Counted from the first letter of the whole stretch, positions 11,474 to 23,272 are shown. The stretch is 63,681 nt of DNA, filler included, from Octopus bimaculoides (GCF_001194135.2; 5 parts of 5 records of this genome joined end to end with filler, not necessarily neighbours in it), one strand, 5' to 3'. Notes: generated by a model from the letters alone, not told the origin. Numbers and translations are program-made.

Positions 11474-13733
11474 TGTAAATCTACCACCAGAAATTTTGTA
11501 AATTACCCCCTGGTAAATTTGTCACTGAAAATTTCATCCCTGGTAAATTCGCCACTGGTAACTTCTGATGATTTTATGCCCATAATTTTCTCAAAGTAAG
11601 TATATTCTATACTTGGGACATACGACTCACACAGAGTAGTCATCACACCTAAGTAGCCAAGACAAGTAGTGCAATATCCTTGGCACATTTTTATTTGCAA
11701 AACATATCCCATAAGTACTAAACCATCATAGTTTTGACACAGGAATATTTACCAATCAATTGAAAAAATGTTTAGGCACAAAGAAAAAAATACCTATTTG
11801 TTGACAAATCTTAAATTTGACATTGGAAAAAAGTTTCACAGAAGTAATAATAACTAGCATTCTGACATAGAAAAAATGGTTTGGCAAAAATAGCTGAGTA
11901 GTGTGACATTGGAAAAATGGTTCCACAAAAATAGTTGAGCAGTCTGACAGGAAAATTGTTCCACAAAAATGATAATAGCTGAGCAGTCTTACATATGAAA
12001 AATGATTTGGGAACAACAGCTGAGCAATGTGACATAGGGAAAAATGGTTCTTCAACTATGAAGCATTCTTAAAAATACCAATTTGTTTACAAATATAAAG
12101 GAAAAAAATATGTGATGTGATTACTGAATACTGATGGGCAATTCTCAGCTCAGTTTTGGGGGTTCAGCCAGATATTCCAGGCAACTCCTTCAAGAATTTC
12201 AGCAATGGCACATTGGCTGAGGTCCAGTTCTTGATAAAGGGCCTGCAGGTGATGCTGTAATTGAACTTAATCTCGTTTTGGTCCCATTTTGCCAACTTCA
12301 TATAGCATGGCTGTGGTCGAACAACTGGCCTCCTCACATCGTAACCACTGGACACAGGTCCACAGTTGGGTGGTAATGCCAAACCATACTGTGAAATTTA
12401 TTGTTCCATCCCTCATAAATATTGTTTGTGCATGGATTTCCATTTACTGTGGTACTGTGTTAATTCTACAACTCCGGTGGAAACATGGGTAGAATGTGAT
12501 GAAGATTCAAAACCAATCTGCCTGCATCAAGTCAACAATATGAGCCAAAGACCTAGGTTTAATCAAAACAGTACAGGAGGTCCTGTGCTTCATTAGGCAC
12601 AATATTCTTCAGAACTTGCATCCCCGCTTGAACTTGGCAGTGGTAAGATGGCCAGGCTATCAAGTATTCCAACAAAATGTCACAATTCTACATTGGTGCT
12701 ATACAGGTTCATTAAGCCTAGGTCCTGGATTTTCTGCCACATGCTTTGAGTTAAATGATAAAAGTAACCCTGACTATAGATGTTCTGCCCCGAAACGGCT
12801 TGCACGGCATGAACAGCATCCTCAAAATCTGTCATAGTGGTTGGGAAAGTTGTTGGCATTTATCAACAAGAACTTGGAGGAGTTCTTTGTATGTTTCACG
12901 ATGTTTAGTTGACAGCAGGGCGAAAACTGAAGTTATGTAGTTGTTTCTGAGTGGGTTCGGTTGCAAAATCTAGGATTCTGTCATTGCGGTTTGGGCTATT
13001 ACCATCTAGCACAAAATGTTCTCCGCATATTGTTGTTTTATATTTGTCAGGCAATTCCCCCAGTTTGTGAAGTCGTCAAGCATCAGATGTCATGGGCCAT
13101 TGATTATGTATTGTCTGTTTGCAGACTTCCTCCCTGGGAACTTCACTCTTACAGTGTTGTCGCATTCTGTAATGATCTGATTAGGCTTCTCCTTATTTGT
13201 AACGACTTTCCGTTTCTTCTGTTTCATGATATCGCGTACCTTGGCCACTTTGATCCTGTCAGCATCAGCCAGATGATCGTGTATCTATCCTGGTCTAGGG
13301 TCATCATGCTGAAGGTCAGTGGACAATGTTCCATGATACGCACAGTCCCATCAGATGCAGACCCAATACATTCAGATCTGTCCTGTCTTTTTCTTTATAT
13401 ACATATGCCAGTCCATACAGACTTTCTCTTAGCCTTGTGTGCTTTGAATGACTTCCATTCAATACATTATTGTTATAATGATCATCATGAAATTGCATAT
13501 TGTTCTGCATAATATTGTGACCAAACAGGTAATAGCAAAAATATATTTTGAATTTTATCAAAACTGTTTCATTAGCTCCATATTATCTAGAACAATATGA
13601 AATTTTGTGATGATAGTTCATTGCTTGAGATATCTGTTTAAAAACTCAGAGCAAATGAGCCTGAATGGACAGTATTAGCAAAATTACCAGGGGCAAAATT
13701 TCTGGGGATGAATTTTCTGGAGGTGAATTTACC
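11474..13733 (-). mobile_element. Decayed Mutator (MULE/FLYWCH-type) DNA transposon
   Basis: Minus-strand LLSTKHRETYKELL..MTDFEDAV..QGYFYHLTQSMWQKIQDLGL and PMFPPE..TNNIYEGWNNKFHSMV..HPTVW; inverted termini made of ~15-bp repeats at 11474-11560 and 13680-13733. Confidence 0.85.
11815..12050. repeat. Subterminal ~40-45 bp tandem repeat inside the MULE
   Basis: Recurring tgacattggaaaaatggttccacaaaaatag.tgagcagtc, ~5-6 copies. Confidence 0.8.
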
Positions 13734-14379
13734 ATCATATGTGGTATGTGGTATGCTTCCCATTGATCTAGCTTCATCTATTCAATAAATACTTATCTAC
13801 CTACCTGTGTATGTATATATATATATATATATATNNNNNNNNNNNNNNNNNNNNNNNNNNNNNNNNNNNNNNNNNNNNNNNNNNNNNNNNNNNNNNNNNN
13901 NNNNNNNNNNNNNNNNNNNNNNNNNNNNNNNNNNNNNNNNNNNNNNNNNNNNNNNNNNNNNNNNNNNNNNNNNNNNNNNNNNNNNNNNNNNNNNNNNNNN
14001 NNNNNNNNNNNNNNNNNNNNNNNNNNNNNNNNNNNNNNNNNNNNNNNNNNNNNNNNNNNNNNNNNNNNNNNNNNNNNNNNNNNNNNNNNNNNNNNNNNNN
14101 NNNNNNNNNNNNNNNNNNNNNNNNNNNNNNNNNNNNNNNNNNNNNNNNNNNNNNNNNNNNNNNNNNNNNNNNNNNNNNNNNNNNNNNNNNNNNNNNNNNN
14201 NNNNNNNNNNNNNNNNNNNNNNNATGTACTTTTTAACATTAAATTCTGATATAACCCTATTCTACACCATCTAAATGTATTTGTAAATATTTCATTAAAA
14301 AAAAAATACCCATTTTTCTGAAAGTTATGAGGAAACAAAGAAGGTAGGGCACACATGGGTAAATATAACTAATAATGAT

Positions 14380-14985
14380 TATTAGACCTCTGGAGATATG
14401 CTGTGATTGAGAAGACCTGGCAAATAAAGTGAGATCACAGTCATAGCCTACACCAGTGTCGCATAACCAGCCCATTTAAAAAGTACCTTCGAATCCTTGG
14501 GCAACATGCCATGCTTGAGGAAACCTATTGAGTCAAGTAAATCAAAATCAAAATCAAATCAAATGGAAATTGTAGTTGTGGCTAATACCAGTGCTAGTGG
14601 CACACAATAAGCACCATTCTTGCGTGGATTATTGCCAGAGCCACCTGACTGGTTCCCCGTGCTGGTGGCACATAAAAAGCACCATCCAAACATTGTCAAT
14701 GCCAGCCCTCCACCCCAACTGGCTCCTGTATTGATGACACATAAAAAACACCATCCAAACATGGCCAATACCAGTGCTGCTTGACTGGCTCCATAGCCAG
14801 TGACATGTAAAAAGTATCCACTACACTCTCAGAGTGGTTGACGTTAGGAAGGGCATCCAGCTGTAGAAACTCTGCTAAATCAGATTGGAGCCTGGTGCAC
14901 CCTCCTGGCTTGCCAGTCCCCAGTCAAACCATCCAACCCATGCCAGTATGAGAAACAGACATTAAATGATGATGATGATGATGAA
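14380..14985 (+). mobile_element. RTE-clade LINE 3' end with (GAT)n tail
   Basis: DLWRYAVIEKTWQIK* followed by a 3' UTR shared with 57930-58790, ending aaatgatgatgatgat. Confidence 0.8.
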
Positions 14986-15475
14986 TCACACACATATGTA
15001 TATATCTTTAATTACTATCATTCTTCTTCTTTAAAATTTAGGTGCTCGTTTCCAATCAAATTGAAATACCTTGATCCTGATCAGCAATAACTTGAAAACT
15101 TATATAAACAGTACCTCAGTTCTTCCCTGTTTTCCTTAATTCTAAAAGTATATTCTCCTTGTCAAATAATTTTGAAACATATGTTTACATATGAAGATAA
15201 CTTTGAAAATTAATATCTTCTCCTGAAAAAAATCACAAACTCATGATTTTAAAACTAATACACTTTAAAAAAAAATGTTAAACCTTTAAACAAAGAAAGA
15301 CACTCAATCTCATATATTTTTTTAACTGGTGTGAATAACTGATGTCTCTCGCTTGTAATTCTTCAAATTCTCACTGGAAAAAAATTTGTTTTTACATTTT
15401 GAAGATTAATGTACTGCCAGCAAAATGACTCAAGCAAATCCCCAAGGACGCAGTCATTGGTAAATCTAACATTAA

Positions 15476-15696
15476 CCCTTTTGTTACCAACCCGGCTGAA
15501 ACCAGCTCTGGCTCTGTAGTACAAATGTCTTGTTTTCATAAGTTTTGAATTAAAATCTTCCACCAAACCTTAGTCACAATTTCTGTTCCTAACACTAGCT
15601 TCATGATAACTGAGTTATTTTACTAAATTCTTTGTTATATTTAAAGTAATTGGAAGAAATACAGAGCATCTCAAAATAAATATAGTAACAAAAGGG
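15476..15696. mobile_element. piggyBac-like MITE
   Basis: TTAA-CCCTTTTGTTAC ... GTAACAAAAGGG-TTAA: perfect 12-bp TIR with TTAA TSD. Confidence 0.88.
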
Positions 15697-15709
15697 TTAA
15701 TGATAGTAT

Positions 15710-15915
15710 CAAATTTTGGCACAAGGCCAGCAATTTTAGTTCACGGGATTAGTCAATTACATCAACTCCAGTGTTTAACTGGTACTTATTTTATCAATCC
15801 CAAATGAATGTAAAGATGAAAGTTGACCTCGGTAATCTGAAGTCAGAACATAAAGCCAGAAGAAATGCCACTAAACATTTTGTCCAGTGTGCTAACAGTT
15901 CTGGAAGATTTGCTT
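15710..15915 (-). mobile_element. SINE family A, diverged
   Basis: Reverse complement of the family A sequence with the caaattttggcacaaggccagc tail. Confidence 0.8.
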
Positions 15916-16304
15916 CCTTTCACAACAGAAACTAACATTAATAATAAGATGTTATTTCTCTATTATATAACAAATTAAAATACAATCTGCTTTTCATTAA
16001 AAAAAAAATTCTAGATGCAGTTTTAATTTCTCATTTACTCAGTCTTTTTCAATTACATTACTAACAATGCTAATAAGAGGTATGAATTCTACAGCACATC
16101 TTTCCTTGTTCTTGTTTTTGGTTAGTTAAAGAAGCCAATCAAGTAATTTAGTACTTTGTAATTTTATTACTATTATTTTATACAAAATGATGGTGAGTGT
16201 TAGAACATAATGATGAGCATCATGATGCTGCAAGTAGTTTGAGCAATAGTGATTTCAGAGGCATTAAGCCAAACTAACAACTGATAAACAGCTCTATACA
16301 CCTT

Positions 16305-16800
16305 AACCCATTCGTTAACATATTTCTGCTGACACATACTAACTTAATTTTTAAAACAAGGAGGAATTTATTGAAATAATTTTGTCATTAATAACCTGGT
16401 GTTTGGATCATAAACTAACATGAAATTTCATTGAGATCCATGTAGCCCTTTTGCTATCATATTTGTTGAAAAACACTGCTTTTTGTTCTAATTAATTTTA
16501 GAAATAAGGATGAATTTATTAAAATAATTTTGTCATTAATAACCTGGTGTTTGGAACATAAACTAACATGAAATTTCATTGAGATTCATGTAGCCCTTTT
16601 GCTATCATATTTGTTGAAAAACTGCTTTTTGTTCCAATTAATTTTAGAAATAAGGATGAATTTATTAAAATAATTTTGTCATTAATAATCTGGAGTTTTG
16701 GAACATAAATTAATGTGAAATTTTGAAGAAAGATTTAAATTTAGATAATATTAAAGCAAGAAATTTCTATCAAAGAACTATGGGCTGTTTCATGCAGGAT
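16305..16800. repeat. piggyBac-like MITE remnant with ~135-bp internal tandem duplication (about 3 copies)
   Basis: aataattttgtcattaataa.ctgg recurs at ~16377, 16523 and 16669; starts ttaaccc; related to 18451-18658. Confidence 0.75.
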
Positions 16801-17539
16801 AGTCTCAAGAAAATATTTGGGTTTTGCTAACACCTATCTCACTAAATCCAGTCATTCTATTTCAAATGTAAGATTCTTTATTTNNNNNNNNNNNNNNNNN
16901 NNNNNNNNNNNNNNNNNNNNNNNNNNNNNNNNNNNNNNNNNNNNNNNNNNNNNNNNNNNNNNNNNNNNNNNNNNNNNNNNNNNNNNNNNNNNNNNNNNNN
17001 NNNNNNNNNNNNNNNNNNNNNNNNNNNNNNNNNNNNNNNNNNNNNNNNNNNNNNNNNNNNNNNNNNNNNNNNNNNNNNNNNNNNNNNNNNNNNNNNNNNN
17101 NNNNNNNNNNNNNNNNNNNNNNNNNNNNNNNNNNNNNNNNNNNNNNNNNNNNNNNNNNNNNNNNNNNNNNNNNNNNNNNNNNNNNNNNNNNNNNNNNNNN
17201 NNNNNNNNNNNNNNNNNNNNNNNNNNNNNNNNNNNNNNNNNNNNNNNNNNNNNNNNNNNNNNNNNNNNNNNNNNNNNNNNNNNNNNNNNNNNNNNNNNNN
17301 NNNNNNNNNNNNNNNNNNNNNNNNNNNNNNNNNNNNNNNNNNNNNNNNNNNNNNNNNNNNNNNNNNNNNNNNNNNNNNNNNNNNNNNNNNNNNNNNNNNN
17401 NNNNNNNNNNNNNNNNNNNNNNNNNNNAGAATCACTTATCCATACAAGGGATCCAAATATTTTGTCTTACTTTTAACAATGCTCTACATCAAGAAGCAGC
17501 TCAGTCCCTCAACATGCAATTTTGTAAAATACACCATTT

Positions 17540-17772
17540 CGAGCGTGGCCGTTGCCAGTACCGCCTGACTGGCCTTCGTGCCGGTGGCACGTAAAAGCAC
17601 CTACTACAGTCTCGGAGTGGTTGGCGTTAGGAAGGGCATCCAGCTATAGAAACTCTGCCAAATTAGATTGGAGCCTGGTGTAGCCATCTGGTTTGAACCA
17701 GTCCTCAGTCAAATCGTCCAACCTATGCTAGCATGGAAAGCGGACGTTAAACGACGATGATGATGATGATGA
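17540..17772 (+). mobile_element. RTE-type 3' UTR/tail fragment
   Basis: ggagtggttggcgttaggaagggcatccagc...ggacgttaaacgacgatgatgat, shared with 14800-14985 and 58630-58790. Confidence 0.8.
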
Positions 17773-18450
17773 TAAGCTAAGCACAAGGTTTTATTAGGCC
17801 ACCTACAGCTACTATCGGGAAGCTGGAAAGTTTACTGATGATGGTTGTTGGCAGTTCAGCATTCAACTATGTTGGGAGTTCAACTTTTAGCCCTCTGATG
17901 GACAATCTTCCAAGACCATGCAGAAGAATACTCAGTTTTATATAAAAGAGCAGCAAATGTTGTAGGATAATGGTAGACATCATGCCACTTCCATCAAAAC
18001 TGCTGTCTTTGCTATTTGTAAATTCAAAAATGATGAGCTAGACCAGCCACCGGTAAACAAAATTCTATGCCTTAAAATGGATCTTGCTAACACAGACCTC
18101 ATGGGATCCATTCATTCTGCTTCAAACATAAGAATTCCAAGAATTTTTAATTTGAAGATTTCTAAAATATAGAATACTCAAAACACCAGGACGACAGCAG
18201 CAATGCCAGAAGTGAAGATGACGCCATAATTATTTCAAGACTTATTCACAATGACTGTAGGACAAGACACAACTGAGACAGAAAATAAAAATGTTTCTAG
18301 ATATTACATAGATAATAATAATTAAATATGGTTTATTACCTTTGGAAACCACAATAAGCATTTGTATAATGTTCATTTTTATTTCCTCTTCCAATATACT
18401 CAAGTCAAATGTTGGCCCTCACTTCATACATATTGAAATATCAGAGTTAA

Positions 18451-18658
18451 CCCTTTAGTCACCATATTTCTATTGATATACACTGCATTTATTTCAATTA
18501 ATTTTGAAAAAAATGAAGAATTTAATGAAATAACTTTGTCATTATTAAACTGGTCTTTAGAACATAAATTAACATGGAATTTTGATGGAAGGTTTTAATT
18601 TAGATCAAGAAGTTTGTGTCATAGTAACAGGTATGGTCTCAGGTTGGTATCTAAAGGA
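18451..18658. mobile_element. piggyBac-like MITE
   Basis: TTAA-CCCTTTAG ... CTAAAGGA-TTAA. Confidence 0.75.
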
Positions 18659-18977
18659 TTAATTGCAATTTTATGGAGCTCAAGGTTTATATTTTATGTC
18701 TAAAAGCTCCGTTTATAAAGCACTTCACCAGAGCTAATCTTTGATACAAAAATGCATTTATCCACAAACAGAATATTTATCAAGCCAAACCACAGAGAAT
18801 GAGTGTTCTCTAAGAATCAGATTTATAATTTCTGGACTCAAAATGACAGTAATTTATTATACAATATTAAATTAAGGTAAAGTCTGTCTCTAACCCACAG
18901 GTCAGGACCATATTCCAGTTTCTGTGACATTTAACCCTTTTGTTACCATATTTCTATTGAAATATATATATGGGGGG

Positions 18978-19560
18978 GGGGGGGTCAAGGCGAGTTTATC
19001 TAAAACAATTCGTCTAAAATACAATTAATCTAAATGCAATTTGTCTAAAACAGTTTCAATCTAGAAACAATTTGTCTAAAACACTATCTGACTAAAAAAA
19101 TTTTTAAATTTTCTTTTATGATGAATTCATATTTTTTATCCAGAATTTATAATTCTTTGGGTTTATAACTAGCTGTTAACTATTTATAAATATATTAGGA
19201 CTATTTTAATACAAAATGCATAAAAAACAAAAGATAGTATTTACTGAAAGGACTCATTAAATCATAAAAGAACGGTTGTGTGCAATACCACGAATGTAGT
19301 CAATATTTTGTGGATCAAAATTTTGAACAAGACTTTTTTATTTGTTTTGCAGTATCTTGATAGAACTTCTTTGCTTCTTCTATTTTGTGCAGCAATAACA
19401 CAAACACGGGCAGTAGCGAAGCTTTCTCTTTTAATCCATGTAGGGTATATAACTAGTGAAATAACAAAGGGACTGCATAGTGATAAACACTGTAAATTAC
19501 ATCTTGTCGCAAATATCACAATACGCTTTTCAACTGGTCCTGAGTCATAAAGCAGAAATT
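18978..19560 (-). mobile_element. Second Mutator remnant: terminus and transposase C-terminus
   Basis: ~15-bp repeats (aatttgtctaaaac) at 18985-19095; minus-strand KKFYQDTAKQIK..LVQNFDPQNIDYIRGIAHN resembles the DYLRGIAHN end of FLYWCH-MULE transposases. Confidence 0.65.
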
Positions 19561-19825
19561 GATCATCTTATCTTTAAAAGATTTAGTCAGTTCAGATGGG
19601 AAAACTATTTCACTGCAAGTTGATGGCAGGGCCAGTCCAGTAAGGGTTTGTTGCCTAATAGATGTTGTTATATATCTCAAGGTACAGGTGAGGATATAAA
19701 CCTGAAGGATAAAAATATTCAAGATTATACTGGTTGAATACCTAACAATATAGGCACATACATATATATATATTATTAATATTATTAAAAACCAAGAGAG
19801 AAGATGGAGATAAGCAATGATTAGG

Positions 19826-20128
19826 TATGAGCAGAATTTAGGTAAGTTGAAATATGTTTGTCACATATTTCAACTGCTAAAGGCAAATACACTGTATGTT
19901 ACCATGGAGAAAAAAATCTCTCTTATGGTAAGTTCATTCAGAGTTGCCTCTCTTAGGTACATCTCATTGACAAGAGTCAAGAAACTCGAAACATCGATGT
20001 CTGAGATTCCTGAGAGATGACAACACTGAACGAAGAGATTTTTTCTCCATAGTAACTGCAGTGTATTTGCCTTTAGCAGTTAAAATATGTGACAAATAAA
20101 TTTCAACTAGCACTAAATTCTTCTCATA
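19826..20128. repeat. ~300-bp imperfect palindrome with ~130-bp arms and TA at both ends
   Basis: tatgagcagaatttagg..ttgtcacatatttt..ctgctaaaggcaaatacactg is inverted at 20008-20128. Confidence 0.92.
19957..20010 (+). ncRNA. Type I hammerhead ribozyme, U3-A8 core variant, at the hairpin apex
   Basis: GTAC-ATCTCA-TTGACAA-GAGT(CAAGAA)ACTC-GAAAC-ATCGAT-GTC-TGAGAT-TCC: 6-bp stem I, 4-bp stem II, palindromic stem III; predicted cleavage after C20001. Confidence 0.85.
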
Positions 20129-20184
20129 TACATGTATACATAATATAAATTAAAAACGTAAAATTAAAACAGAACACAAAGGAT

Positions 20185-20289
20185 TCCGCAGTACACGTGT
20201 TTCAAGCTTTATACACAAACAGTCGTTGCATCATTATATGGGTATATAATTGAGAGAAAGGATGGTATAAAGCTATCTTCAGCCGCAAA
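20185..20289 (-). ncRNA. Type I hammerhead motif with long branched stem II
   Basis: Minus strand TTTGCGG-CTGAAGA-T-AGCTTTATAC[~50 nt]GTATAAAGCT-T-GAAAC-ACGT-GTA-CTGCGGA; palindromic ACACGTGT; U-U at the base of stem II. Confidence 0.75.
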
Positions 20290-20705
20290 TATATTCTTTC
20301 CCAAGCATTGTATCACAAAGAAGAAATCACCAAGAAAAAAGCAAAAGAGAGAGAAACATGAGAGAGAAAAAGTGGGAGTCCACNNNNNNNNNNCCAAGCA
20401 TTGTATCACAAAGAAGAAATCACCAAGAAAAAAGCAAAAGAGAGAGAAACATGAGAGAGAAAAAGTGGGAGTCCACTTGGTATTATCCATTATAATATCC
20501 ATTGTAATATGTTTATCTTTTAAGTTGATACATTTACATCAAAGTTCATCGGTATTCCGAAATCTGTCCATATTGTGCCACAATTCAGAGTAGAGTGAAT
20601 GTATATTACAATGGATAATACCAAGTGGACTCCCCCTTTTTCTCTCTCTTTTGCTTTTTTCTTGGTGATTTCTTCTTTGTGATACAATGCTTGGGAAAGA
20701 ATATA

Positions 20706-20810
20706 TTTGCGGCTGAAGATAGATTTAAACCATCCTGTCTATCAATTATATACCCATATAATGATGCAACGACTCTTTGTGTATAAAGCTTGAAACACTT
20801 GTACTGCGGA
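20706..20810 (+). ncRNA. Inverted sister copy of the 20185 hammerhead, with stem II and stem III substitutions
   Basis: TTTGCGG-CTGAAGA-TAGATTTAAAC...GTATAAAGCTT-GAAAC-ACTT-GTA-CTGCGGA. Confidence 0.65.
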
Positions 20811-21039
20811 ATCCTTTGTGTTCTGTTTAATTTTAGGTTTTTAATTTATTCTTTCACCCCGGCCACTATCTGGCATATACAGGTGCTTGCAATTATCAAG
20901 TATTACTTCTAAAATTTGCTTTACCTACATGTATATATAATATATATATAACTTATGGAGAGAGAGTAAGTCTAAGGCTATAATTATTGCTTTAACAGCT
21001 ACTTTTACATTCCCACATAGGTTGGACGGCGTTAGTTGT

Positions 21040-21220
21040 GAGTGAGGGAGGTGTATGCACGACCTTGTGGTTGAAAACTTCGTTTCCTAAAGATGTAGTT
21101 TCGTATTCAGTACCCCCCCCCCCAGGGAACGCGTCTTCTACAATAATTCAGACTGACAAATGCTTTGTGAGTAGTTTTAGATGAAAACTGAAAGCTGGTT
21201 TGTGTGTCTGTAGTTGTTTA
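21040..21220 (+). mobile_element. Old CORE-type SINE fragment
   Basis: gtcttctacaata..ctttgtgagt..gaaaactgaaag, homologous to 22325-22405 and 33340-33475. Confidence 0.55.
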
Positions 21221-21914
21221 CAATGTGTACTTCCCTGAAAATATACGAGCTGCAAATGGTAATGTTGTCATTTCCTCAGTCACCAAATTATCTACAGCCT
21301 TTGGCGTCTTTAAAGATGTGTGGAAGAACTGTAGATCCCTTACTTGAAAAACATAAGAGTTTTAAGATTTAATGTAAGGAAAGACAGCTGACTGTAAAAC
21401 AATACCTCGATAATATTCATCTAACCCAAACCAGCATAGTAAAGTACTCATTAAAAAAAAAAACAAATACACACTTATAGATTTCAATCATTTGATACTA
21501 AGTTTCATAACAGTGTGGCTTGAGATTTCGTGTGATTACGAACAACGATGTCTACCAACTTGTGGCAAACGAAGAAAGCGTATGAAGGGAAGTAATCACG
21601 CAGGAAGTGTAGTATTGGTTGTTTCCCTTGTCTATTTTCGTTGCAAGAATTAAACATTTTGTTACTGTTGGAATACACCTGCTGCATTTACATTTAGTTG
21701 AAATTCATTTCATGTGAGAGGAGTTAGAAATAGTGTAAAATGTCTCAAAACACATTGATTCAAGACACTGTCAAAGACTTCAAGGTAAATTACAGTGAAA
21801 TTGTTGTCCACTGACGCGCTGCGTAATTAATTGCGGATGGGAGACTGAGTGTAGTAGGCTTATAGAATCAAGAGCAATCTCATGCAAGTTAGTATCATTA
21901 TCAACATTTAACAT

Positions 21915-22100
21915 CTGTTTACCATGCTGGTATAGGTTGGATGGCTTGACAGGAACTGGCAAAGCCAAGGGCAGTACCCGGTTCCATAATCTGCTCTGGC
22001 ATAATTTCTACGGCTGGATGCCCATCCTAACGTCAATCAATTTACAGTGTACTGGGCACCATCACTAGTGCTTTTTGCCTGGTACCAGCACCCACACTAA
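21915..22100 (-). mobile_element. RTE-type 3' UTR fragment
   Basis: Reverse complement of the 17540-17772 family (ggctggatgcccatcctaacg). Confidence 0.65.
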
Positions 22101-22324
22101 TGCCTTTTACAGGGCACCTTGGTTTTAGGATATAACTTTTGTTTTTGAGTACAGCAAAGGGATAAACTAAATCTTTGAAAGTTTGTCTTTTATTAGAAAA
22201 ACCCAGAACAAGTAGTAGTAGACAGATATCCTCAGAATGGACACCACACTTGGAATCAATGTCAACATTGAAATTAACAAAAAGAAATGGAGACTGAAAT
22301 GAAGTGGATGATTCACCTTGGGTA

Positions 22325-22710
22325 TATGCAAGTGTCTTCTAATATAGCCTCAGGCTTAGCAAAGCCTTTTCAGTGGATTTGGTACACAGAAACTGAAAGA
22401 AGCCCATTGTGGTGCAATTGTTGGCATTGTCAGCTATTGTCTAAGTGTTCAACACCTGCCAGCATGGAAAATGGACATTAAATAATGATGATGATGATGG
22501 TGGTGGTTTGTGTGTGCCTGTGTCTGTATCTGTCCCACACCATAGCTTGACAACCTGTGCTAGTATGTTTATTTCTCCCATAGCTTAATGGTTTGGCAGC
22601 TGAGCCTGATAGCACCAGGCTTGAAAAAAGAAAAATTAATACTGGGGTCCATTTCTTCAACTGAAGTTCTTCAAGGCAGTGCTACAGCATAGATGCAATG
22701 TGATGACTGA

Positions 22711-22715
<5 letters not shown>
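22325..22715 (+). mobile_element. CORE-type SINE, 5' truncated, with an RTE-tail insert at ~22420-22500
   Basis: gcaagtgtcttcta..tagcctcagg..gtggatttggt..gaaactgaaagaagccc, then the gcttgacaacc..cttcaaggc.gtgct.cagcat tail. Confidence 0.65.
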
Positions 22716-22745
<30 letters not shown>

Positions 22746-23217
22746 CAGGAGTTGGACAAAATAATGGAAACAAATTTATTTTAATATGGGGTAGGACCAC
22801 CTTTGGCAGTAATTACAGCTTGAGTTCTACAAGGTACAGACTCATACAAAGCTTGAATTGTTTCCAAAGGAATTTTTGTCCATTCTTCAGTTCTTGTGGT
22901 GATGATGGTGGAGGACATCGACTCCTTACTTGTTTTTCTAAAATGCACCATAAATGTTCAATAATATTGAGATCTGCGGACTGTGGTGGCCAGATAAGAT
23001 GTTCAACTTCACTAGAATGTTCCTCGTACTATTCAGTAACAACTTTAGCTGTGTAAATTGGTGCATTATCATCCTAAAAGTTTGTTTCCCTCCGGAAACA
23101 GTTCTGCAACCATAGGATGAATTTGATCAAATAAAATGCTTAAATAGTCTTGACTATTAATTCTGCCATGAAGAGAAACCATTGGTCCAGTGGATTTCCA
23201 AGATATAGCCCCCCCCN
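22746..23217 (-). mobile_element. Second copy of the Tc1 element, cut by a gap
   Basis: TA-CAGGAGTTGGACAAAATAATGGAAACA TIR inside (TA)n, then sequence homologous to 2620-3080. Confidence 0.9.
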
Positions 23218-23260
23218 NNNNNNNNNNNNNNNNNNNNNNNNNNNNNNNNNNNNNNNNNNN

Positions 23261-23272
23261 TTAATTAATTAA
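23261..23272. other. Synthetic gap linker TTAATTAATTAA (also 36838-36849, 57317-57328, 61959-61970)
   Basis: Identical 12-mer centred in N runs four times; it has stops in all six frames, so it is an assembly artefact. Confidence 0.9.

Larger units (their letters stand above)
20146..20850. mobile_element. Inverted pair of ~270-bp HHR-bearing repeats (PLE pseudo-LTR-like)
   Basis: Left arm 20146-20508 (with an 83-bp artefactual duplication) is the reverse complement of 20603-20850; ~95-bp unique spacer. Confidence 0.8.

Noticed and set aside
17790-18300. Non-repetitive, slightly GC-richer stretch that might be coding
   Set aside because: Stops in all frames and no motif I recognise.
20301-20476. 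Perfect 83-bp direct repeat around a 10-N gap
   Set aside because: Identical sequence on both sides of a gap indicates an unmerged contig overlap.
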